The translations under genes and the position numbers were made by a program. A model generated the notes under the pieces. The model did no database searches, had not been told where the DNA came from, and saw only the letters and a list, made by a program, of their open reading frames with translations. From positions 32,001 to 96,000 of the forward strand of contig CAVYSY010000003.1 of NCBI GenBank assembly GCA_963771175.1: a stretch of DNA of 64,000 bases, read 5' to 3'. This document shows positions 1-8,564 of the stretch, in pieces (the first letter of the stretch is position 1; each line of letters starts with the position of its first letter). The stretch is from an uncultured delta proteobacterium. Lineage in GTDB: Bacteria > Myxococcota > Myxococcia > Myxococcales > Myxococcaceae.

Positions 1-143
1 GTCCGCGGCGTCGAACGTGGCCGCCCCTGGCACGGGGATTCGGCTGAGGAATGCGATGCCGGCGAACAGGCGCCTCATGGGGGAGGCGCCTCATGCCACG
101 TTTTCGCCCGGATGGCATCAGCACTCGACGCTGGGACAGGGCG

Positions 144-914
144 TTAGCGCTTCCCGCCCACCTGCGCCGACATCCTCGACCAGGCCTGCGCCAGGGCCGC
201 GTCGAGCCTGTCCCAGGGCACCCACCGCCCCGCGAACAGTCCCAGGAGGACCCCCAACACCAGGAGGCGGCCTCCCCTCCCACGTCCACGCGCCCGAGCC
301 GCCGGGCCCCTCGGCGCCGAGGCCTGGGCCTGCTCGGGCCCGGCCAACTGCTCGTCCAGCACGAGCACCCGCACCTTGATGCCGCCCGAGATGAGGGCAT
401 TCACCAGGTCCTCCAGGAAGCGCGCGTAGTGCTCCGGGGAGAGGTCCAGCTCCGTGCCATGGTGGGACTCGAACCGCCGGGCCGCCGACTCGTAGCTGCG
501 AAGCTGCGCCTCCCCCTTCGCGGTGTCCACCCAGCCGCAGATGACCGAGGGCGCCGAGCCCTCCCGCGCCACGAGCGAGATGGTCTGCCGGGCCAGGCGC
601 CCTCCCGCCGTGCTGGGGCCCTCGGGCTCGTCGACGCGCAGCACCCGGTACGGCGCCCGGCCGAAGAAGCGCCGCGAGAACTTGTCCCGCAAGAGGTCGG
701 CAATCAGGAACGCCCGGGACGAGAACGCCGTGAGCAGCGGCTCCGGCTCCTCCGTCCGGGGCCTCCCCAGCTTGCCCGTCGGGTCATCATCGAGGGGCGC
801 CAGCCGCGTCTGCTCCGTCGCTGGCGCGGCCCAGGACGACTCCGACTCGTCCTCTTCCAGGGAGGAGAAATCGAGCTTCCTCGCGCGCCCGAGGTTCTTC
901 TTCCTGTCAGCCAT
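144..914 (-). CDS. hypothetical protein with C-terminal transmembrane segment
   Basis: 256-aa ORF with coding-like codon use; hydrophobic LLVLGVLLGLF near the C-terminus; no family recognised. Confidence 0.7.
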   Translation of the reverse strand: MADRKKNLGRARKLDFSSLEEDESESSWAAPATEQTRLAPLDDDPTGKLGRPRTEEPEPLLTAFSSRAFLIADLLRDKFSRRFFGRAPYRVLRVDEPEGPSTAGGRLARQTISLVAREGSAPSVICGWVDTAKGEAQLRSYESAARRFESHHGTELDLSPEHYARFLEDLVNALISGGIKVRVLVLDEQLAGPEQAQASAPRGPAARARGRGRGGRLLVLGVLLGLFAGRWVPWDRLDAALAQAWSRMSAQVGGKR

Positions 915-1030
915 GCACAGCTCCCTTCCACGGTTCCGAGCGCGGCAGGATAGGGGCCCCGAGCCATTCCTCGCGACAGGCCTTCAATCCAAGCATTGCC
1001 TGATACACATGTGAACGGGTGTCTCCAGCC

Positions 1031-1082
1031 CATCCGCTATAGCAGATGAAGTTCTTGACAAGAAGAGGCGCTCGCGCACTGT
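1031..1082 (+). promoter_or_regulatory. palindromic operator plus sigma70-type promoter of the porin gene
   Basis: CATCCGCTATAGCAGATG (1031-1048, near-perfect palindrome), then 6 bp, then TTGACA (1055-1060); weak -10 candidate CACTGT (1077-1082). Confidence 0.6.
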
Positions 1083-1168
1083 CGGCTTGAAGGCTGACAC
1101 AGTGTTTCTCAGTAGGTTCTCGAATCCCCGGACGTCTCGCGGGCCCTTCCCCGTTACGAGGTGTCATC

Positions 1169-2446
1169 TTGGAAAACCCTATCTGGATGCTGGCCGCCGG
1201 CTGGCTCGCCCTCCCCGGCCCCGTGTGGGCGCAGCAGGCCACGGGAGACGAGAAGGAGGCGGCCGTCGTCAGCGCCGGGCCGGAGGGCTTCACCCTGTCG
1301 TCCCCCGACAAGCAGTTCCAGCTCAAGCTGCGCGGCTACGTCCAGGCGGACGGCCGGCTCTTCACGAGTGGCAAGGACCGGCCCGGGGGCAACACCTTCC
1401 TCATCCGGCGTGCCCGCCCCATCCTCGAGGGCACCCTCTTCGGATGGCTCGACTTCCGCCTGATGCCGGACTTTGGGAGTGGCACGACGGTCCTCCAGGA
1501 CGCGTACATGGACCTCCGCCCCCTGCCCGAGCTGCGGCTGCGCGTAGGCAAGTACAAGCCACCGGCGGGGCTCGAGCAGCTCCAGTCCGACACCCACATC
1601 GTCTTCGTCGAGCGCAACCTGCCCACCAACCTCGTCTCCAACCGGGATGAAGGCATCCAGGTCCACGGGGAGATTCTCGGGGGCGTGCTGACGTACGTGC
1701 TCGGAGCCTTCAACGGCACGCCCGACGATGCCAGCGTGGACTTCAACTTCGACGACAACGTGGACCTGGCGGGGCGCCTCTTCGCGCACCCGTTCCGCAA
1801 GAGCGCACTGCGGCCGCTCCAGGGACTCGGGTTCGGACTCGCGGCGAGCCGGGGCAGCCAGCACGGCTCGGCCACGAGTAGCGGCCTCGCGCCCTTCCGC
1901 ACCGTGGGACAGCAGGTCTTCTTCAGCTACCTCGTGAGCGCCACCACTCCGGCGGACACCGTCGTCGCCGATGGCGAGCACGTCCGGCTGATGCCCCAGG
2001 GCTACTATTACTGGGGACCGTTCGGCCTGCTCGCCGAGTACGTCTCCTCCGCGCAGGAGGTTCGGCGGGGCACCGAGCGCGCCCGGCTGAGGAACGAGGC
2101 GTGGCAGGTCCAGGCCTCCTACGTGCTCTTCGGCGGCAACGCCTCCTTCGAGGGAGTCCGGCCGACGCGCGCCGTGAAGCCCTCGGAGGGCAGCTGGGGC
2201 GCCGTCGAGCTCGCCGCTCGCTACGCCGAGCTGCACATCGACTCCGACGCCTTCCCCCTCTTCGCGGACCCCAGCCGCTCGGCCCGCGTGGCGAAGGACC
2301 TGGGCGCCGCCCTCAACTGGTACCTGGGCGGCAACTCCCGCATCGCCCTCAGCCTGGAGCGGACCACCTTCGAGGGCGGCGCCGCGGACGGGGGCGACCG
2401 GCCCACGGAGGTCGTCCTGTTCAACCGCTTCCAGGCGAGCTGGTGA
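1169..2446 (+). CDS. OprO/OprP-family anion-selective porin
   Basis: signal peptide; F-x-IRRAR motif, LQDAYMD, GKYKPP, WGAVELAARY; ends in aromatic residue (FQASW) as beta-barrels do; TTG start. Confidence 0.85.
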   Translation: MENPIWMLAAGWLALPGPVWAQQATGDEKEAAVVSAGPEGFTLSSPDKQFQLKLRGYVQADGRLFTSGKDRPGGNTFLIRRARPILEGTLFGWLDFRLMPDFGSGTTVLQDAYMDLRPLPELRLRVGKYKPPAGLEQLQSDTHIVFVERNLPTNLVSNRDEGIQVHGEILGGVLTYVLGAFNGTPDDASVDFNFDDNVDLAGRLFAHPFRKSALRPLQGLGFGLAASRGSQHGSATSSGLAPFRTVGQQVFFSYLVSATTPADTVVADGEHVRLMPQGYYYWGPFGLLAEYVSSAQEVRRGTERARLRNEAWQVQASYVLFGGNASFEGVRPTRAVKPSEGSWGAVELAARYAELHIDSDAFPLFADPSRSARVAKDLGAALNWYLGGNSRIALSLERTTFEGGAADGGDRPTEVVLFNRFQASW

Positions 2447-2451
2447 ACCGC

Positions 2452-2520
2452 CCTCCGCCATAGCGGACGTCCGTCATAACGGATGTTCCGCTTGACAAGC
2501 GGATGAGCCCCGGGCACCTT
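2452..2520 (+). promoter_or_regulatory. tandem palindromic operators plus sigma70-type promoter of the sulfate ABC operon
   Basis: CCTCCGCCATAGCGGACG (2452-2469) and CGTCCGTCATAACGGATG (2468-2485), then 6 bp, TTGACA (2492-2497), 17 bp, CACCTT (2515-2520). Confidence 0.65.
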
Positions 2521-2531
2521 GTGTCTCGTTC

Positions 2532-2612
2532 ATGCCCATCCCCCGCCACATGCACAGGCTGGTTTGTCGCTGTTGGCACCACGGGGTGGGCGCTCGCCCG
2601 CCGGAAGCCTGA
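2532..2612 (+). CDS. putative Cys-containing leader (attenuator) peptide MPIPRHMHRLVCRCWHHGVGARPPEA
   Basis: ATG 2532 to TGA 2612, read by hand; two TGT Cys codons (2565, 2571); lies between the promoter and a hairpin upstream of sbp. Confidence 0.55.
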   Translation: MPIPRHMHRLVCRCWHHGVGARPPEA

Positions 2613-2635
2613 GAGCTGACGGCCGCGTGTTCTGA

Positions 2636-2669
2636 AGAGCCCACCACCCGCGAGGGGCGGTGGGCTTTC
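2636..2669 (+). terminator. attenuator/terminator-like hairpin in the sbp leader
   Basis: AGAGCCCACC pairs with GGTGGGCTTT; inner CCC-GCGA-GGG stem with a GNRA tetraloop; only a short U tract. Confidence 0.55.
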
Positions 2670-2729
2670 GAGCTTCATGGGCCTGAAGCACCCCGGTACC
2701 TCGCGGTCACCTCATGCCCGAGGTACCGA

Positions 2730-3786
2730 ATGAAGTCGCTGAACCGTCGCACCACCGCCGCGCTGCTATCCGTGTTGCTGTCCGTCGTGCCCGCGCTGGG
2801 CGGCTGCTCGAAGCCGGCCAGCGCCCAGGGGGAGCCCGTCACCCTGCTCAACGTCTCGTACGACCCCACGCGCGAGCTCTACCAGGACTTCAACGCCGCC
2901 TTCGCGAAGCACTGGAAGGCGAAGACCGGGACGAAGCGTCACCATCAAGCAGTCGCACGGCGGCTCCGGCAAGCAGGCGCGCGCCGTCATCGACGGGCTG
3001 GAGGCCGACGTCGTGACGCTGGCGCTCGCCTACGACATCGACGCGCTCGCCGACAAGGCGCCAGCTCCTGCCCGAGGACTGGCAGACGCGCCTGCCGAAC
3101 AACAGCGCGCCGTACACCTCCACCATCGTCTTCGTGGTGCGCAAGGGCAACCCGAAGGGCATCCAGGACTGGGACGACCTCGCGCGGCCCGGCGTCGCGG
3201 TCATCACGCCGAACCCGAAGACCTCCGGCGGCGCGCGCTGGAACTACCTGGCCGCCTGGGGCTACGCGCTGCGCGAAGGCCGGCGGCGACGAGGCGAAGG
3301 CGCGGGAGTTCGTCGCCAGCCTCTTCAAGAACGTGCCGGTGCTCGACTCCGGGGCGCGCGGCTCCACCACCACCTTCGCCGAGCGCGGCATCGGCGACGT
3401 GCTCATCGCCTGGGAGAACGAGGCGCTCCTCGCTCACGAAGGAGGTGGGCAAGGACCAGTTCGAGATCGTCGTCCCCTCGGTGAGCATCCTCGCCGAGCC
3501 GCCGGTGGCCGTCGTGGACAAGGTACGTCGACAAGCACGGCACGCGCGCCGTGGCGGAGGCCTACCTCGCAGTTCCTCTACTCCGACGGAGGGCCAGGAG
3601 ATCGCGGCGAAGCACTACTTCCGCCCGCGCTCGCCAGACGGTCGCCGCGAGGCACGCCAGCCAGTTTCCCCAGCGTGCAGCCTCTTCACCATCGACGAGG
3701 TGTTCGGCGGCTGGGCGCAAGGCGCAGAAGGCGCACTTCGACGACGGCGGCATCTTCGACCAGCTCTATCAGCCGAGGCGCGGTAG
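2730..3786 (+). CDS. sbp: sulfate ABC transporter substrate-binding protein (several frameshifts)
   Basis: [42 protein letters not shown] and [10 protein letters not shown] spread over three frames. Confidence 0.92.
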
Positions 3787-3801
3787 CCCGGGAGCCACGT
3801 C

Positions 3802-4647
3802 ATGCAGGCGAGCGCGCACTGCGTCCTGCCGGGCTTCGGCCTGACGCTCGGCGTCACGCTGGCTCTACCTCGGGCCTCGTCGTCCTGCTGCCGCTGGCCG
3901 GACTCTTCCTCAAGACCGTCACGCTCACGCTGGGCGCAGTTCTGGGCGACCGTGACCTCGCCGCGAGCGCTCGCCGCGTACCGGCTCAGCTTCGGCGCGG
4001 CGCTTCGTCGCGGCGCTCGTCAACGCCGTCTTCGGGCTGCTCGTCGCCTGGGTGCTCGTGCGCTACCGCTTCCCGGGCCGCGGCGCTCGTCGACGCGCTG
4101 GTCGATCTGCCCTTCGCCCTGCCCACGGCGGTCGCCGGCATCACGCTCACGGCCCTCTACTCCCAGAACGGGTGGATCGGGCAGTACCTCGAGCCGCTCG
4201 GGCTCAAGGTCGCCTTCACGCCGCTCGGCGTCGTGGTGGCGCTCACCTTCGTCGGCCTGCCCTTCGTGGTGCGCACCGTCCAGCCCGTGCTGGAGGAGCT
4301 CGACGCGGACGTCGAGGAGGCCGCCGCCACGCTCGGGGCCACGCCGCTGGCAGACCTTCACGCCGCGTCCTCTTCCCCAGCGTGCTGCCCGCGCTGCTCA
4401 CCGGCTTCACGCTGGCCTTCGCCCGAGCCATCGGCGAGTACGGCTCCGTCATCTTCATCTCCGGCAACATGCCCATGCAGGACGGAGATCGCCCCGCTGC
4501 TCATCGTCACCAGGCTCGAGCAGTACGACTACGCCGGCGCGACGGCCATCGCCGGTGGTGATGCTCGCGGTCTCGTTCGCGCTGCTGCTCGCCGTCAACG
4601 TCCTCCAGCGCTGGAGCCACCGCCGCTTCGAGGCCCGGCCCGGATAG
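3802..4647 (+). CDS. cysT: sulfate ABC transporter permease CysT (frameshifted)
   Basis: [59 protein letters not shown]. Confidence 0.9.
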   Translation: MQASAHCVLPGFGLTLGVTLALPRASSSCCRWPDSSSRPSRSRWAQFWATVTSPRALAAYRLSFGAALRRGARQRRLRAARRLGARALPLPGPRRSSTRWSICPSPCPRRSPASRSRPSTPRTGGSGSTSSRSGSRSPSRRSASWWRSPSSACPSWCAPSSPCWRSSTRTSRRPPPRSGPRRWQTFTPRPLPQRAARAAHRLHAGLRPSHRRVRLRHLHLRQHAHAGRRSPRCSSSPGSSSTTTPARRPSPVVMLAVSFALLLAVNVLQRWSHRRFEARPG

Positions 4648-4654
4648 GAGTCCC

Positions 4655-5508
4655 ATGCACCCGACCTCGCTCACGCCGCGCCGAGACAGGCGCACCGTCT
4701 CCGGGTCAGCGCCCGTGCGCTGGCTGCTCATCGGCGTGGCGCTCCTCTTCCTCGGGGTCTTCCTCGTCGTCCCGCTGGTGGCCGTCTTCGCGCTACGCCC
4801 TGCAGAAGGGCGTGGGCGCGTACCTCGCGGCCATCCAGGAGCCCGAGTCCCTCGTCGGCCATCCGCCTCACGCTGCTGACCGCCGCCGATCGCCGTGCCG
4901 CTCAACCTGGTCTTCGGGCTCGCCGCCGCGTGGCTCATCGCCAAGTTCCACTTCCCCGGCCAGAGACGTGCTCCTCACGCTCATCGACCTGCCCTTCAGC
5001 GTCTCGCCCGTCATCGCGGGGCTCGTCTTCGTCCTGCTCTTCGGCCGGCAGGGGTGGCTCGGACCGTGGCTCGCCGACAGGGACATCCACATCATCTTCG
5101 CCGTGCCCGGCATCGTGCTGGCCACGGTGTTCGTCACGTTCCCCTTCGTCGCGCGCGAGGTGCTGCCCGTCATGCAGGCGCAGGGCAACGACGAGGAGGA
5201 GGCCGCCCTGTCACTCGGCGCGAGCGGCTGGCAGCACCTTCCTGCGCGTGACGCTGCCGAAGGTGAAGTGGGGCGTGCTCTACGGTGTGCTGCTGTGCAA
5301 CGCGCGCGCGATGGGCGAGTTCGGCGCCGTCTCGGTCGTCTCCGGGCACGTGCGCGGAGTGACGAACACGCTGCCGCTGCACGTCGAGATTCTCTACAAC
5401 GAGTACAACTTCGCCGGTGCCTTCGCCGTGGCCTCGCTGCTCACGTTGCTCGCACTGGTGACCCTGGCCGCGAAGAAGTACGTCGAGTGGAGGGCCGAGG
5501 CCCCATGA
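4655..5508 (+). CDS. cysW: sulfate ABC transporter permease CysW (frameshifted)
   Basis: [43 protein letters not shown]. Confidence 0.9.
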
Positions 5509-6566
5509 GCGTCATCGTCGAGCAGCTCACCAAGCGCTTCACCACCGGGGGCACGCCCGCCGTCTCGGATGTGTCGTTCCACGCCCCGTCCGGAGCCATC
5601 ACCACCCTGCTCGGGCCCTCGGGGGCGGGCAAGTCCACCCTCCTGCGCCTCATCGCCGGGCTCGAGCATCCGGACTCCGGTTCCGTCCACATCGAGGGCG
5701 TGGACTGTACGTATCTGCCCGTGCAGAAGCGCGGCATCGGCGTCGTCTTCCAGAGCTACGCGCTCTTCAAGCACATGACGGTGCGGCAGAACGTCGCCTT
5801 CGGGCTGGAGACGCGCCGGCTGCCCCGCGCCGAGATGGAGGCGCGCGTGGACGAGATGCTGCGCCTGGTGCAGCTCGAGGAGCTGGGAAAGCGCTACCCC
5901 GGGCAGCTCTCCGGCGGACAGCGGCAGCGCGTGGCCTTCGCCCGGGCGCTCGCCATCCGTCCCAAGCTGCTGCTGCTCGACGAGCCCTTCGGGGCGCTCG
6001 ACAGCCGCGTGCGCGTCGAGCTGCGCGAGTGGCTCCAGTCCCTCCACGAGCAGACGGGCGTCACCACGCTGCTCGTCACCCATGACCAGGAGGAGGCGCT
6101 CGAGATCTCCCAGCACGTGGTGGTGATGTCCGAGGGGCGCGTGGCCCAGGCCGGGCCGCCCGAGGACATCTATGACAGGCCGGCCACGCCGTTCGTCGCC
6201 TCCTTCGTGGGCGGCACCAGCGTCCTGCGCGGACGCGTCCAGTCGGGCCGGGCCCAGATGGGAACACTCGTCGTGGCGGCGCCCGACAGTGCCCGTGAGG
6301 GCGAGGCGGTCCACGCGTTCGTCCGTCCGCACGACATCAAGCTCGCCAGGCCCGCCAACGGCTCCACCGCGCTCACCACGGGCCGTGTCGAGCGGCTGAA
6401 GTCCGTGGGTGGCTACGTGAAGGTGTTGCTCAAGCTCCCCTCCGGAGAGACGGTCACCGTCGAGGTGCCCCGCGCCGAGTTCGACGACCTGGGCGTCGTC
6501 GAGGGCGACCACGTCCACGCGGACGTGCGCATGGCCAAGGTGTTCCTGGGCGACTTCGCCATCTGA
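5505..6566 (+). CDS. cysA: sulfate ABC transporter ATP-binding protein CysA
   Basis: Walker [31 protein letters not shown]-terminal TOBE region; ATGA overlap with cysW. Confidence 0.93.
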   Translation: MSVIVEQLTKRFTTGGTPAVSDVSFHAPSGAITTLLGPSGAGKSTLLRLIAGLEHPDSGSVHIEGVDCTYLPVQKRGIGVVFQSYALFKHMTVRQNVAFGLETRRLPRAEMEARVDEMLRLVQLEELGKRYPGQLSGGQRQRVAFARALAIRPKLLLLDEPFGALDSRVRVELREWLQSLHEQTGVTTLLVTHDQEEALEISQHVVVMSEGRVAQAGPPEDIYDRPATPFVASFVGGTSVLRGRVQSGRAQMGTLVVAAPDSAREGEAVHAFVRPHDIKLARPANGSTALTTGRVERLKSVGGYVKVLLKLPSGETVTVEVPRAEFDDLGVVEGDHVHADVRMAKVFLGDFAI

Positions 6567-6586
6567 GCCCGAATGGATTGCTCGGC

Positions 6587-7654
6587 TCAGCGCATGGGCG
6601 ATGGCCTGTCCGTCACGCCCGCCTCGGTGAACGTGGCCATGTCGTGCAACACCGCCAGCGCCGCATCCACCAGGAAGAAGGCCAGCGCCGCGCCACTGCC
6701 CTCGCCCAGGCGCAGCCCCAGGTCCAGCAACGGCCGCTGTCCCAGCTCCTCCAGCACCCGCATGTGCCCCACCTCCACCGAGAGGTGGCTCGCCAGCAGG
6801 TACGGCTTCACCCCCGGGCACAGCCGCACCGCCACCAGCCCCGCCACCGAGGCGATGAACCCGTCCAGCATCACCGGCACCCGCCTCGATGCCGCGCCCA
6901 GCGCCACGCCCGCGAGGCCGGCGATCTCGAAGCCGCCCACCTTCGCCAGCGCGTCCAGCGGCTCGCCCGCCTCGGGCCGGTTCACCTCCAGCCCCCGCCG
7001 CACCGCCGCCACCTTCCGCGCGAGCCCCGCGTCGTCCACCCCCGTCCCCCGCCCCACCACCTCCTCGGGCGACAGCCCCGTGAAGACGCACGTCAGCGCG
7101 CTCGAGGCCGTCGTGTTGCCAATCCCCATATCCCCCAGCCCCACCAACCCCACGCCCTCCTCCACCAATCCCCACGCCACCTCCACCCCCACGTCCAGCG
7201 CCGCCTCCGCCGCCTCGCGCGTCATCGCCGGCCCCCGCGTGAAGTTCGCCGTCCCCGGCCCCATCCGCCGCACCTTCACTCCCCCCAGCCCCTCCACCGG
7301 GTGACGCACGCCCATGTCCACCACCTCCACCCGCGCCCCCACCTGCCGCGCCAGCACGTTGATGGCCGCCCCTCCCCGCGCGAAGTTCGCCACCATCTGC
7401 CCCGTCACCTCCGCCGGGTACGCGCTCACTCCCTCCTCCACCACCCCGTGGTCCGCCGCCATGACCACCACCGCCTTGGCCGGCATGGCCGGCGAGGGCT
7501 TGCCCGTCATGGCGGCGAGCCGGCAGGCCAGCTCCTCCAGCCTCCCGAGGCTCCCTCGTGGCTTCGTCTTCGCGTCCAGCAGCGCCTGACAGCGAGCGGC
7601 CACTCCAGCGTCCGGCTCGGGGAGGGAGGACAGGAGGGAACGGTACGAGGGCAT
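6587..7654 (-). CDS. cobT: nicotinate-nucleotide--dimethylbenzimidazole phosphoribosyltransferase
   Basis: KTKPRGSLGRLEE, AADHGV, GDMGIGNTT, KVGGFEIA, LRLGEGSGA, MATFTEAGV. Confidence 0.95.
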   Translation of the reverse strand: MPSYRSLLSSLPEPDAGVAARCQALLDAKTKPRGSLGRLEELACRLAAMTGKPSPAMPAKAVVVMAADHGVVEEGVSAYPAEVTGQMVANFARGGAAINVLARQVGARVEVVDMGVRHPVEGLGGVKVRRMGPGTANFTRGPAMTREAAEAALDVGVEVAWGLVEEGVGLVGLGDMGIGNTTASSALTCVFTGLSPEEVVGRGTGVDDAGLARKVAAVRRGLEVNRPEAGEPLDALAKVGGFEIAGLAGVALGAASRRVPVMLDGFIASVAGLVAVRLCPGVKPYLLASHLSVEVGHMRVLEELGQRPLLDLGLRLGEGSGAALAFFLVDAALAVLHDMATFTEAGVTDRPSPMR

Positions 7655-7801
7655 GTGAACTCCCGGGGAAACAGACCGAGCGCCCTAGCCGGACCTGGTT
7701 CACCAGACAATGGGTTTTCCACCCGGGTGGGACCCAAACATACTATGTGTCCAAATTTAGGATGGGCGACAGAGAGGTAGAAGTTGGAGGACACTGTAGA
7801 A

Positions 7802-8398
7802 ATGAAGCCAATCGATGAGGCCGGCGAGCCGACCTCTCCGGAAAAAGGCAAGGGTCCCGCCCTCGGCGAAGTGCTGGAGTTCATGCGCCTGCTGTGGGCA
7901 GTGGATCATGGCCTGCAATCCACCTCGAAACGCATGGAGTCCTCGCTCGGGCTGACCGGTCCGCAGCGACTGGTGCTGCGCCTCGTGGGCCGCTTCCCCG
8001 GCATCACCGCGGGCCGGCTCGCGCAGATCATGCACGTGCACCCGAGCACCCTCACCGGAGTGCTCAAGCGGATGGAGAAGCGCGGCCTGCTGGAGCGCAA
8101 GTCGGATCCGCTCGACGGGCGCAAGGCCCTCTTCCTCCTCACCGATGCGGGACGCGCGCTGGACGTGCCCTCCCCCGGCACCGTGGAGGCCGCCGTGCAG
8201 CGGGCCATCTCCCGCATGTCGCGCGCGCGCATCGTCGGCGCCCAGGACGTGCTCACCGCGCTCGCCGAGGAGTTGGGTGCCGGAGAGCCGAACAACCACC
8301 CCAACGGCACCGGGCCCGGGGAAGGCGAGGCGGAGCACGTGGTGCTGACGGCGGATGACGACCAGACAGACGCCTCGCGAAAGACCGCCAGCCGCTGA
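7802..8398 (+). CDS. MarR-family transcriptional regulator
   Basis: GLTGPQRLVL...STLTGVLKRMEKRGLLER..DPLDGR...LTDAG winged helix-turn-helix. Confidence 0.9.
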   Translation: MKPIDEAGEPTSPEKGKGPALGEVLEFMRLLWAVDHGLQSTSKRMESSLGLTGPQRLVLRLVGRFPGITAGRLAQIMHVHPSTLTGVLKRMEKRGLLERKSDPLDGRKALFLLTDAGRALDVPSPGTVEAAVQRAISRMSRARIVGAQDVLTALAEELGAGEPNNHPNGTGPGEGEAEHVVLTADDDQTDASRKTASR

Positions 8399-8564
8399 AC
8401 CCCTCCGCCTCCCGGAGACCGTCCAAGCTTCCACCGGCGGACACCCGGGAGCGGAAGGCGCCCGCCCGGACAGCGGCGGGACGCGCCGCGCGCTCGGGCC
8501 TGCTACAGATTTGGAATAGGTGACCCGGTCGTGGGTTGCCACACGACCGAGCGGACGTGACAGC

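Noticed and set aside
2730..6566. 1278-aa ORF suggesting an Sbp-CysT-CysW-CysA fusion
   Set aside because: It is a patchwork of in-frame and out-of-frame segments produced by frameshifts in stop-poor GC-rich DNA; each gene has its own start and stop.
7655..7790. Cobalamin riboswitch upstream of cobT
   Set aside because: The region is short and I could not find the conserved B12-element sequences such as GCCACTG or the GGGAA core in a suitable arrangement.
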